Source of the DNA: a virus
Reading direction: 5' to 3' (one strand)
Length of the DNA: 64,000 bases
IMG/VR virus record: IMGVR_UViG_3300024264_000015
Span: 1 to 64,000 of that record
Position numbers and translations under genes: made by a program. The notes beneath the pieces were generated by a model. That model searched no databases. It had not been told where the DNA came from and saw only the letters and a program-made list of their open reading frames with translations. Numbering within the stretch: the stretch's first letter is position 1; each line of letters opens with the position of its first letter. Shown here one piece after another: positions 18,072-27,146 of the stretch.

Positions 18072-19383
18072 TGAAGGGTTTCACGATGCATCTATTGCAG
18101 TCGTAGAAGGAAACCAAATACTCTTTGCCGCACAAGCGGAGAGGTACACTCGTGTCAAAAATGATAAACGTCTACCTTTAAACTTAAGAAAGTTAACAGC
18201 AAATACTACAACCATATTCTACGAAGATACTAAATTAAAGAATGAACGTAGAAAGAAATACGGAATGTTACCTAGTTCTGCTGGTCAATATATACACACT
18301 CACATGAAACACCATGAAAGCCATATGGCTGCAGCGTATTATACAGCGCCTTTCGTACCAGATGCTACAGTAGTAATTGATGCGATTGGAGAGTATGATA
18401 CAGCAAGTATATGGGTTGATGGAGAAAAAGTATGGAGTCGAGAATACCCTTGGTCATTAGGATTATTTTATAGTGCTATAACTAAACGTATAGGACTTAA
18501 ACCTAATGAAGATGAGTACATAACTATGGGTATGGCTGCGTATGGTAGTCCTTGTATAAATATGAGTGATATTATACATACAAATTTACACAAAGGCATC
18601 CCTTGGAAAAAGTGGATGTTTAGAGCACCTGAGGACATCGCTGCCTCAGCACAGCTACATTTAGAGTATGAAATCGAACAGATATTCGATAGAGCCGCAA
18701 GGTATGGAGATAACGTTGCGTATGGTGGAGGAGTTGCACTGAACTGTGTAGCAAACTCTAAGATTCGTAAGAAGTTTAAAAATATGTGGATATTTCCAAA
18801 TCCAGGGGATGCAGGTAGTGCACTAGGTTGCATACTAGCACATACAAAAAGGCGAGTAGAATTTAAAGATATGTTTTTAGGATATAATATACAAAGAAAT
18901 ATAAATCCTTTAGATGTAGTAAGAGAACTAAGTAACAATAGACTATGTGGAGTAGCAAATGGAAAAGCAGAATTTGGACCTCGTGCGCTGGGTAATCGTA
19001 GTCTTCTTGGTGACTGTCGTTATGACATCAAAGACACAGTCAATGATGTTAAGAAACGGCAAAAGTTTAGACCCTTCGCTCCCGCGATATTGGAGGAGTT
19101 TGTAGATGAATACTTTGAAGGGCATTGCAATGAGTATATGCAATATGTTGCGAAAGCTAAACATGATTACAACTCAGTCACTCACGTTGACGGAACAGCA
19201 AGAGTACAAGTGGTTAGAAAAGACTCTAAGTCAATACTACGACCTATACTAGAAGAATGGTACGAACTTACTAAAGTACCAATGTTATTGAATACAAGTT
19301 TAAATATAAAAGGACAGCCAATGGTAAATACATGGGAACATGCCCAGCAATTTGAAGAGAGGTATAAAGTAAAAGTTTTATGA
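18052..19383 (+). CDS. O-carbamoyltransferase (NodU/CmcH/TobZ family)
   Basis: HDASIA, HHESH, GGVALNC, GDAGSALG, EFGPRALGNRS, RPFAP, HVDGTARVQ, LNTSLN. Confidence 0.93.
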   Translation: MKFTGISEGFHDASIAVVEGNQILFAAQAERYTRVKNDKRLPLNLRKLTANTTTIFYEDTKLKNERRKKYGMLPSSAGQYIHTHMKHHESHMAAAYYTAPFVPDATVVIDAIGEYDTASIWVDGEKVWSREYPWSLGLFYSAITKRIGLKPNEDEYITMGMAAYGSPCINMSDIIHTNLHKGIPWKKWMFRAPEDIAASAQLHLEYEIEQIFDRAARYGDNVAYGGGVALNCVANSKIRKKFKNMWIFPNPGDAGSALGCILAHTKRRVEFKDMFLGYNIQRNINPLDVVRELSNNRLCGVANGKAEFGPRALGNRSLLGDCRYDIKDTVNDVKKRQKFRPFAPAILEEFVDEYFEGHCNEYMQYVAKAKHDYNSVTHVDGTARVQVVRKDSKSILRPILEEWYELTKVPMLLNTSLNIKGQPMVNTWEHAQQFEERYKVKVL

Positions 19384-20132
19384 TATATTGGAATGGGTGC
19401 AGTTTTGTACAAGGAATGGAGTTAGTACATCCGATGGAAGATGGATTTCCGCATTTAGTAAGTAAACACTTTAACGTAAAATGCAGAAAACAATCTAAAG
19501 TAGGTGGAAGTAATGAAAGAATATTTAGAACATCAACACATTATTTAGCAACTCATAAACCAACACTTGCTGTATTTGTTTGGACAACTCCAAACAGATT
19601 CGAGTATTTAGCTGAAGGAAATTTATGGAGAAATGCTGGGTGGTCTTCATTCGGTTTTGATAGAAGAAAACTTCAAATCAATCCTGAGTTTAGTCAAATA
19701 GTGAAACATCCAGATATGACTAGACAACATCATTTAGGTTTGTCGAATTATGGAATTTATGTGAGAAACATAAGGTATAACCTAATACAAACGCTTACTT
19801 TTATTAATGCAATGAAAAAATATTGTAAGGCACTAGATATACCTAGCTTACATTATTTTGTATCTAAGGGACAATTGACCCATGCATTACATACACTAGA
19901 TGAAAAGTATTACGAAGCTACGAACATTATATGGGAAGAGACTTCGTTAAGTAGACAACAGTGGTTGGAATTGATACCTGAGTTAAAAACAGAAGACTTC
20001 TATACCATGTGTCAAAGACACAAAGCAGCATTTGGCCCAAAAGACCACCCACTTGAGGATGGTCACCAACTAATGGCTGACAGAATAATAAAGGATATTT
20101 ATGATAAAGAATTGGATAAACAGATTAGTTAA
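19380..20132 (+). CDS. SGNH/GDSL-like protein
   Basis: NGCSFVQG, GGSNERIFR, C-terminal DHPLEDGH. Confidence 0.7.
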   Translation: MIYWNGCSFVQGMELVHPMEDGFPHLVSKHFNVKCRKQSKVGGSNERIFRTSTHYLATHKPTLAVFVWTTPNRFEYLAEGNLWRNAGWSSFGFDRRKLQINPEFSQIVKHPDMTRQHHLGLSNYGIYVRNIRYNLIQTLTFINAMKKYCKALDIPSLHYFVSKGQLTHALHTLDEKYYEATNIIWEETSLSRQQWLELIPELKTEDFYTMCQRHKAAFGPKDHPLEDGHQLMADRIIKDIYDKELDKQIS

Positions 20133-20208
20133 AAAAGTAAAAGCGATATACTTTTACTATAAACACAGAAACATTGAAATGGAAACTCATATCTATGAGG
20201 AAGATTAA
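20101..20208 (+). CDS. 35-aa peptide (not in ORF track)
   Basis: MIKNWINRLVKKVKAIYFYYKHRNIEMETHIYEED; AAGGA SD. Confidence 0.6.
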   Translation: MIKNWINRLVKKVKAIYFYYKHRNIEMETHIYEED

Positions 20209-20233
20209 AAATTTGGTTTGGTGTTTTTCCGTT

Positions 20234-20281
20234 ACCTCATCAAAAAAAGTTCTTGACATGAGGTTAAACTTTTTGTATAAT
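20234..20281 (+). promoter_or_regulatory. sigma70 promoter with an inverted repeat around -35
   Basis: TTGACA(20253-20258)-17-TATAAT(20276-20281); acctcat/atgaggt IR. Confidence 0.85.
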
Positions 20282-20308
20282 ATATTATATATTTGAGAGA
20301 GAAAAGAA

Positions 20309-21067
20309 ATGACAACAATTATACCACCGACTAACTGTCCTTGCTGTGACTCCATACTGGAGTTAGTAAACGAGCAGTTGTTCTGCAGAAACACGAAGTG
20401 TCCTGCGCAGTGGAGTAAAAAGTTAGAGTCCTTTTCATCTTCTCTTAAAATTAAAGGGCTTGGGCCAGCAACTATCAATAAGTTAGGTGTTGAATCATTG
20501 CCCGAGCTTTATGAACTTACTGTATCTGACGTACAAGATAGATTAGGGTCTCAAAGATTAGCTGAGAAACTCATTGATGAACTAGAAAAGTCAAAGAGTA
20601 GCAAGCTGGTAGATATTCTGCCTGCTTTCTCAATACCACTTATTGGTCGGTCGGCTTCTCAAAAATTATGCGATACAATATCAAACATCGAAGATATTAG
20701 CGAGAACAGTTGTACTGAGGCAGGTATCGGACCAAAAGCATCAGCTAACTTGGTAAACTTTATGGAGACTGAATTTTATCCTAACAGATACAAAGACACG
20801 TTACCCTTCAATTGGAATAATAAAATTAATAAAAAGAAAGAGGTCACAGGTGTTGTATGTATATCAGGTAAGTTAAAAAGCTACCCTACAAAGGCTCATG
20901 CTACGCAAGTACTAGAGTCATACGGATTTGTAGTAAAATCAAGTCTGACAAAAGAATGTACTCATCTTATAAATGAGTCAGGCATTGAGTCAGCAAAAAC
21001 ACAGACAGCTCGTGACCGAGGTGTTTTAATAATAACAAATATAAAACATTTAATAGAGGAATATTAA
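20309..21067 (+). CDS. ligB: NAD-dependent DNA ligase, subunit B (Zn finger-HhH-BRCT)
   Basis: CPCC..CRNTKC, IKGLGPATI, IPLIG, VCISGK BRCT. Confidence 0.9.
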   Translation: MTTIIPPTNCPCCDSILELVNEQLFCRNTKCPAQWSKKLESFSSSLKIKGLGPATINKLGVESLPELYELTVSDVQDRLGSQRLAEKLIDELEKSKSSKLVDILPAFSIPLIGRSASQKLCDTISNIEDISENSCTEAGIGPKASANLVNFMETEFYPNRYKDTLPFNWNNKINKKKEVTGVVCISGKLKSYPTKAHATQVLESYGFVVKSSLTKECTHLINESGIESAKTQTARDRGVLIITNIKHLIEEY

Positions 21068-21068
21068 A

Positions 21069-21785
21069 ATGGCATTACCAAAATGGACAGATGAAAGAAC
21101 TCAACAATTGACAGACTTCATCGGTGGAGAAAGCCCTGTATCACAGGCAACTGTAGCTAACGCTGCAGAAGAACTAGAAACTTCAGTAAGAAGTGTTAGT
21201 TCAAAACTAAGAAAGATGGGTTTTGATGTTGAACTAGCTTCAGCTTCAGCAACTAAATCTTTCTCAGATGAGCAAGAATCAACTCTTGCAAACTTTGTGC
21301 AAGACAACAGTGGTTCTTACACATATGCAGAAATTGCATCAAACTTTGAAGGCGGAGCTTTTTCAGCTAAGTCAATTCAAGGTAAAATCCTTTCTATGCA
21401 GTTAACAGAACATGTTAAACCTGCACCTAAAGTTGAGACTGTTAAGTCTTATAACGAACAGGAAGAAGGACAGTTCGTATCATTAGTTAATGATGGTGCG
21501 TTTATTGAGGATATCGCAGAAGCTTTAGGCAGAAGTGTTAACTCAATCAGAGGAAAAGCTTTATCACTCTTAAGAGCTGGTGAAATCAATGCTATTCCTA
21601 AGCAGAAAGAAACCAAAGGTTCAAGCAAAGCTGACCCTTTAGCAGGTGTCGACATTGACGGCATGACTGTTGAAGAAATTGCTGATGAAATCGGCAAAAC
21701 AGTAAGAGGCGTGAAAACAATGCTTACTAGAAGAGGCTTACAGTGCTCAGACTATAACGGAGCTGCTAAAAAAGAAATAGGCTAA
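21069..21785 (+). CDS. D5: T5 D5-like DNA-binding protein
   Basis: Repeated HTH units; GKTVRGVKTMLTRRGL; synteny. Confidence 0.85.
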   Translation: MALPKWTDERTQQLTDFIGGESPVSQATVANAAEELETSVRSVSSKLRKMGFDVELASASATKSFSDEQESTLANFVQDNSGSYTYAEIASNFEGGAFSAKSIQGKILSMQLTEHVKPAPKVETVKSYNEQEEGQFVSLVNDGAFIEDIAEALGRSVNSIRGKALSLLRAGEINAIPKQKETKGSSKADPLAGVDIDGMTVEEIADEIGKTVRGVKTMLTRRGLQCSDYNGAAKKEIG

Positions 21786-21800
21786 TACCTATACTTCGCG

Positions 21801-21835
21801 GGCGAGCTTTCCTTCGGGATTGCCTCGCCTTTTTT
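21801..21835 (+). terminator. intrinsic terminator
   Basis: ggcgag...ctcgcc then T6. Confidence 0.8.
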
Positions 21836-21865
21836 ATAACTTAATAATTGTTTTGGGAGATTCAA

Positions 21866-23227
21866 TTGACATTAGAAAGTGCATTACTTAAGCAAATACT
21901 TGCGAATGGTGATTTTAATACTTGGAACGGGTTAAAAGAACACTACTTCCCTGAAGGTGAATACCGAAAACTGTGGAAGATAGTAGACAAACACGTACAT
22001 AAGTATCATGACTTGCCTACATTTGAAGACTTAAAACTAGAGGTTCGTTCAAGAGAACTTCAGGAAAAGATATATGCTATTGAAACAGTAGAAACAGATG
22101 TTCCCTCAGAATTATTATTAGATTATCTAAAAAATCAATTTACACAAAGTGAGATTCTTACGAGAATCGAATCTTTTGTAGAAAACCAAATAGCTATCGG
22201 CGATGCTCGTGAGAACATTGACTTGTTGCAAGAGATTGTAGTACAAGTAGAAGATAGGGTAGAAACCAACGACGAAAACGAAAGTATGGATTCTATCGAG
22301 CTATTTGATAGTGAGGAAGATTACGCTAAGTATCTACCTCTGGGTCTTAATCACGAATATGATTTTGACTATAAATTCTCTCCCAAAGACCTGGTCGTTG
22401 TTGGCGGAAGTCGTGGTGGAGGTAAATCATTTACTTGTTGTAATGTTGCAGTATCGGCAGCCGAAAAAGGTAAGTCGTCTTTGTACTTTACAATCGAAAT
22501 GGAACCAAGACAGATTCTTCAAAGAGTCTGTGCTATGGCATGTAATATTCCTATCAAACGAATCAATACTAAAAATCTATCTCCTATGGAGTGGCATAAA
22601 GTAGCTGATTGGTGGGCAGGAAGATTCGAGAATGGAGATGAAGCTAGGAAAGGATTCAATGAACACGAAGATTTTGATAAGTTCCATTATCAGTTGACTC
22701 GTAATCCTTTGCGCACAGATGTTCCTCAAATAGACATCTACTATGACCCAAGTCTTACACTAGCTAAAATTATTAGTGTAGTAAGACAGAAGGTTGCGAA
22801 TACTCCAGACCTTGGCATAGTTATTGTGGATTACCTAAACCAAGTCAGACGCCACAACGCTCCCAGTCGTGGTGGTCAGTACGAATGGACTGAACAAATA
22901 GAGATATCCAAAGGGTTAAAATCACTAGCCCAAGAGAACAATGTCCTTGTTCTTTCAGCATTTCAAACAAACGAAAAAGGAGAAGCACGATTCGCCAAGG
23001 GTATCCTTGATGCAGTTGATGCTGCCTACAGTATTCAGCATTGGGGCGATACAGAACCAGCAATTAAGTTGAAATGTGATAAGATGAGAAATGGAAAAGT
23101 AGAAGGGTTTGTTTCTTCTATGAACTGGGATAGTTTGAGAATCGGCCCTCAGACTGAAATAGACCCAGACGAAAGAGCCGAAATGAAAGAGGCAATGAGT
23201 ACAGGAGAAAGCGCATATGACATTTAA
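21866..23227 (+). CDS. DnaB-like replicative helicase (T5 D6)
   Basis: GSRGGGKS Walker A, FTIEM, IVDYLNQ, KMRNG; TTG start with GGGAG SD. Confidence 0.9.
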   Translation: MTLESALLKQILANGDFNTWNGLKEHYFPEGEYRKLWKIVDKHVHKYHDLPTFEDLKLEVRSRELQEKIYAIETVETDVPSELLLDYLKNQFTQSEILTRIESFVENQIAIGDARENIDLLQEIVVQVEDRVETNDENESMDSIELFDSEEDYAKYLPLGLNHEYDFDYKFSPKDLVVVGGSRGGGKSFTCCNVAVSAAEKGKSSLYFTIEMEPRQILQRVCAMACNIPIKRINTKNLSPMEWHKVADWWAGRFENGDEARKGFNEHEDFDKFHYQLTRNPLRTDVPQIDIYYDPSLTLAKIISVVRQKVANTPDLGIVIVDYLNQVRRHNAPSRGGQYEWTEQIEISKGLKSLAQENNVLVLSAFQTNEKGEARFAKGILDAVDAAYSIQHWGDTEPAIKLKCDKMRNGKVEGFVSSMNWDSLRIGPQTEIDPDERAEMKEAMSTGESAYDI

Positions 23228-23417
23228 GGATAAAATACAGAAAAGATTAGATGTATTACAATTCATGATGGAAAATAATATACACCTATCAGACCCCAAC
23301 GGGTGCATGGAATATACGCTAACTATCAGCAAATTTTGGTCAGTTCTCTCAGAAGAAGATAGAGATTATATCCAAGGATGTCAGTCTTCAATCGAAGAAG
23401 GATGGGAGTGGAAATGA
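23217..23417 (+). CDS. hypothetical protein
   Basis: Coupled ORF (ISKFWSVLSEEDRDYI). Confidence 0.7.
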   Translation: MTFKDKIQKRLDVLQFMMENNIHLSDPNGCMEYTLTISKFWSVLSEEDRDYIQGCQSSIEEGWEWK

Positions 23418-23587
23418 TTTTGTACACAGAAACACAATTAAAAGTAGCTTATACAACGTATCTACAGAGTTTAATAGTATCAAACAGACAAGGAATAGAA
23501 GTACCGTTTCCTACACTAGAAGAATTTAGAAAGATTTATGAAGATGAATGGAATCAAAAATACAAGGAAATGAATGAGGGATTATAA
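23414..23587 (+). CDS. hypothetical protein (PTLEEFR motif)
   Basis: ATGA overlap with the upstream gene. Confidence 0.7.
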   Translation: MILYTETQLKVAYTTYLQSLIVSNRQGIEVPFPTLEEFRKIYEDEWNQKYKEMNEGL

Positions 23588-24308
23588 TAAATTACTATTG
23601 TTAAGTCCTGGTAGAACAGGTAGTAGTAGATTGATGGGAGCTTTATGTGAAAGATATGGTTTAGGAGGAATTTCTGAGCCTTTTAACTGGGAACGTAGAT
23701 ACCAAAACATGAAAGTAGATGGATTCACTTTTCCAGAACGAGTTGAACATTGGAGAAATGTACCTGATAGAAAAGTAGTAAAATGTTTGTCTCATTATAC
23801 ACAGTTTCCAAATAATATGGCAAATGAAAGAATGGGCAAAGACCCTATGAGATTTTATCATGAAGTATATTTAAAACATCATGGTTTTCAAGAAAAGTTA
23901 CATTTCTATTTAAAATATATGAGAGAGTTTGATAGAACAATACTATTATCTAGACAAGATTTTGCAGATTGTTTTAGAAGTCATTTACTAGCTCAATATC
24001 ATAGAACTGCTTCTAGTAACTATGAATGGAGTTACAGTTCTTACTATGAAGATAGAGATGTTCCGTTTACTAAAGATTCTCAGTGGATTTTAAATTTATG
24101 TCTAGACTCTTTCAGATTAGTAGAAGAAGTATCTAGGCGTATGGAAATACCTATATTGTATTATGAAGATTTGTATACAGACGAAGAAAGATTTTTAAAA
24201 ACAAACAAAAAATTTAATTTAGGATTAGAGGATTACTATGAAAAAATGTTTAATCCTGAGTTAAGATTAAGATTACCAAAGGAGACACCATGGCGTACGA
24301 CAGAATAA
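23574..24308 (+). CDS. sulfotransferase-like P-loop protein (Stf0-like)
   Basis: LLSPGRTGSSRL, EPFN, LSR..S, YEDL. Confidence 0.65.
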   Translation: MRDYNKLLLLSPGRTGSSRLMGALCERYGLGGISEPFNWERRYQNMKVDGFTFPERVEHWRNVPDRKVVKCLSHYTQFPNNMANERMGKDPMRFYHEVYLKHHGFQEKLHFYLKYMREFDRTILLSRQDFADCFRSHLLAQYHRTASSNYEWSYSSYYEDRDVPFTKDSQWILNLCLDSFRLVEEVSRRMEIPILYYEDLYTDEERFLKTNKKFNLGLEDYYEKMFNPELRLRLPKETPWRTTE

Positions 24309-24775
24309 GTAGAGAAACAGCAGAACTAGTACCATTACCTCCACATACTTGGTATGTAAGAACGGTTGGATGGTTGCTAGAACAAGAAAAAGTAAAAGAG
24401 AACATACAGAATGTTCCAATAAATGAAAAGTTAAGGGAAAGTTTGGCAGAAGACGGAGTAAAATCTCCCATACTCTGTATGCCAAACTGGTACCCCATAG
24501 CAGGGAGTCAGAGGATGAGATGTCTTCAGGAACTCCCTGCCCTACATGGGCAAGAGATAAGAGTATGCCGATTCGATAAAGAATGGTGGTTAGTATTCTA
24601 TCTATGGGGTCAGACAGAAGAAAGAAACAGAATAGTAGCAATCTATTTCCAAATGCTAGAATTAGTATGGAAGTCAATGTATTACGAGGAGAATGGTGTA
24701 GACTCTATGGGAACAGATTATAAAGAGTTTGAAAAGATAGGCGATGAACTAGAAGGATGGAAACATAAACAATGA
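24290..24775 (+). CDS. ParB/Srx-like protein
   Basis: SLAEDGVKSPIL..IAGSQRMR. Confidence 0.45.
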   Translation: MAYDRISRETAELVPLPPHTWYVRTVGWLLEQEKVKENIQNVPINEKLRESLAEDGVKSPILCMPNWYPIAGSQRMRCLQELPALHGQEIRVCRFDKEWWLVFYLWGQTEERNRIVAIYFQMLELVWKSMYYEENGVDSMGTDYKEFEKIGDELEGWKHKQ

Positions 24776-25719
24776 GATATGTAATTACAGGAGGCGGAGG
24801 GTTTATTGGCTCTCACTTAGCAGAACACTTAAAAGATAGAGTGAATGATGAAATAGTTATTGTAGATAAAATATCTAACCACAGTAAAACTCACAACTTA
24901 AATACGAATGAGTACACTTACTACTTAGTTGATATAGCAGATGCAAATATAATGATGAAGATTTTACAGAAAGATGATGTAGTATTTCATCTTGCAGCTC
25001 AACCTCATGTAGATTTATCATACATCAGTCCTATGGAAACAACAATCAGTAATGTACTAGGAACACATAGTGTTTTAAACTCTTGCTTGAAAAATGAAGT
25101 AAAAAGTCTAACAGTTATGAGTACTGATGAAGTATATGGTTCTACAAATGTAATAGATGAGAATACAAAACTAGACCCAACTAATCCTTATAGTGCAACA
25201 AAAGCAGCTGCAGATATGTTAGTTAATAGTTTCAAACATATGTATCCTGACATGAAGATAAATACTCTAAGGTCTAATAATATAATCGGACCTCGTCAGT
25301 TTATAAGAAATATAATACCAAGGTTTTCTCTCCAAGCCCTAACGGGTAGGAATATAACTTTGCACGGCAAAGGAGAAGCTGAGAGAAGATATCTGTGGGT
25401 AAAAGATGCTGCAGAAGCTCTGTGGTTAATTTCTAAGAGTGACTACAATCACAAGATATATAACATCGGACATCCTGAAGTCTACTCTAACTTAGATATT
25501 GCAGAAATGATTTGCGACCACTTAGATATAGGACACGAAATAATACAAACAACAGAAGACAGAATATATAACGATACAATATATCCATATAATCCAACTG
25601 ATATTCAAAGAGACTTAGGTTGGAAACATTCATTAAACCCTGATATATCTATTCCAATTACAATAGATTGGTACAAAGACAATCTATCTTACTTCGAGGA
25701 GTACTATAATATACTATGA
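24772..25719 (+). CDS. NDP-sugar 4,6-dehydratase (RmlB-like)
   Basis: TGGGGFIG, HLAAQPHVD, STDEVYG, YSATK. Confidence 0.88.
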   Translation: MRYVITGGGGFIGSHLAEHLKDRVNDEIVIVDKISNHSKTHNLNTNEYTYYLVDIADANIMMKILQKDDVVFHLAAQPHVDLSYISPMETTISNVLGTHSVLNSCLKNEVKSLTVMSTDEVYGSTNVIDENTKLDPTNPYSATKAAADMLVNSFKHMYPDMKINTLRSNNIIGPRQFIRNIIPRFSLQALTGRNITLHGKGEAERRYLWVKDAAEALWLISKSDYNHKIYNIGHPEVYSNLDIAEMICDHLDIGHEIIQTTEDRIYNDTIYPYNPTDIQRDLGWKHSLNPDISIPITIDWYKDNLSYFEEYYNIL

Positions 25720-26264
25720 GTGAGTATGAAAAATTAAATGGAGGTATGAGATTTGCCCCAGACCCGAAGTGGGTAAACAATAAGTTTAATCATCATTGGA
25801 TGGGTTTATGTCATTTAATAGCTAAGTTGCAAATACAGCAAGGAAAGATGATAGAGATAGGAACATATGCTGGAGAAAGTACATCAATGTTTGCCTCTAG
25901 TGGTAAGTTCATAAGTATTGATACGATTGACCCTTATTATTGGCCAGGTAGTTATGAAGTAGAAATGCAGTACAAAGTAAATGTTCGATATTGGGATTAT
26001 ATAAAACTACACAAACATTACAGTCAAGACATTCACAATAGGTTTGACAACAACCAATACGACTTTGTATATATTGATGGAGACCACAGCGGAGAAAATG
26101 TAGCAAGAGACATAAAACAATACTTTCCAAAAGTAAAACCTGGCGGGTATATCGGTGGACATGATTACAACAAACACCACTGGCCCGAAGTATGCGCTGC
26201 AGTAGATAACGTATTTCCTCAAGTTGATACGTTTGCAGATACAAGTTGGTTATGCCAAAAATAG
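25716..26264 (+). CDS. SAM methyltransferase (Methyltransf_24-like)
   Basis: EIGTYAGES, DFVYIDGDH, KPGGYIGGHDY. Confidence 0.85.
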   Translation: MSEYEKLNGGMRFAPDPKWVNNKFNHHWMGLCHLIAKLQIQQGKMIEIGTYAGESTSMFASSGKFISIDTIDPYYWPGSYEVEMQYKVNVRYWDYIKLHKHYSQDIHNRFDNNQYDFVYIDGDHSGENVARDIKQYFPKVKPGGYIGGHDYNKHHWPEVCAAVDNVFPQVDTFADTSWLCQK

Positions 26265-26296
26265 TTCTTGACAAATCCTTAAAATTTTGATATAAT
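26258..26296 (+). promoter_or_regulatory. sigma70 promoter of primase-polymerase
   Basis: aaaatagttcTTGACA(26268-26273)-17-TATAAT(26291-26296). Confidence 0.9.
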
Positions 26297-26306
26297 ATAT
26301 TTAATT

Positions 26307-27146
26307 ATGATAGCAGAAGACTTATTAAGAGAGAAGAAAATTGATTATCGCATAAGCGGACAAGATGCCGTAGTGTCTTGCCTTAATCCAGAACATGATG
26401 ACAGTAATCCGTCTATGCGTATAGATAGGGTAACTGGCGTGTTCAATTGTTTCTCATGCGGTTATAAAGGTAATCTGTTTACATACTTTGGTGCACCTGC
26501 TTCTCCACTAGAAGTTCGTATGCACAGAATTAAAGAATCAATCAACAAAGTCAGGTCAGCAACTGTCGGTATCCAACTCCCAAAGGATAGACTATCGTGG
26601 AAAGGTGGTGGTATTCGGAATATTTCCGAAGAAACTCTCGCTAAATGGGATGCGTTCACATGGAACGTTCCTAAGTTTGAGAATCGCATCATCTTTCCGA
26701 TACGAGATATCACAGGCAAGACGGTGGCTTTAATAGGCAGAAGCATAGATGACTTCAATCCTAACAAATATTACATTTACCCTAACGGAGTGGAAATGCC
26801 TTTCTGTCCCGCTAAGGTAAAACCAATACAAAACAGAGTTATCCTTGTAGAAGGAATCTTTGATGCACTTAACTTATGGGATAAAGGGCTCAAGAATACT
26901 GTATGTTGTTTTGGTACACAGCAGGTAAACTGGGTTAAGCTTAGTTTATTAAAACTCCAAGGGATAACTGGTATAGATATCATGTTTGATGGAGATGAAG
27001 CAGGAAGGCAGGCTGGTGAGAAAGCCAAAGACCTTGCAGAGAAACTAGAGATGTCTGCAAGAGTAGTAAAATTACGAGATAACATAGACCCTGGCAACTT
27101 AACAAGACCAGAGATAGAAAGATTAAAGGAAAAATTATATGGCTAA
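26307..27146 (+). CDS. DNA primase
   Basis: CLNPEH..CFSC Zn finger; VEGIFD; FDGD TOPRIM. Confidence 0.92.
   Translation: MIAEDLLREKKIDYRISGQDAVVSCLNPEHDDSNPSMRIDRVTGVFNCFSCGYKGNLFTYFGAPASPLEVRMHRIKESINKVRSATVGIQLPKDRLSWKGGGIRNISEETLAKWDAFTWNVPKFENRIIFPIRDITGKTVALIGRSIDDFNPNKYYIYPNGVEMPFCPAKVKPIQNRVILVEGIFDALNLWDKGLKNTVCCFGTQQVNWVKLSLLKLQGITGIDIMFDGDEAGRQAGEKAKDLAEKLEMSARVVKLRDNIDPGNLTRPEIERLKEKLYG

Noticed and set aside
18052-19383. Global DNA hypermodification as the role of the modification genes
   Set aside because: No base hydroxymethylase seen in this window and GATC appears purged; not favoured, though not excluded
16719-21067. Ligase as a broken pseudogene
   Set aside because: Two-gene NAD ligase is normal for T5-like phages; both halves have intact motifs and promoters
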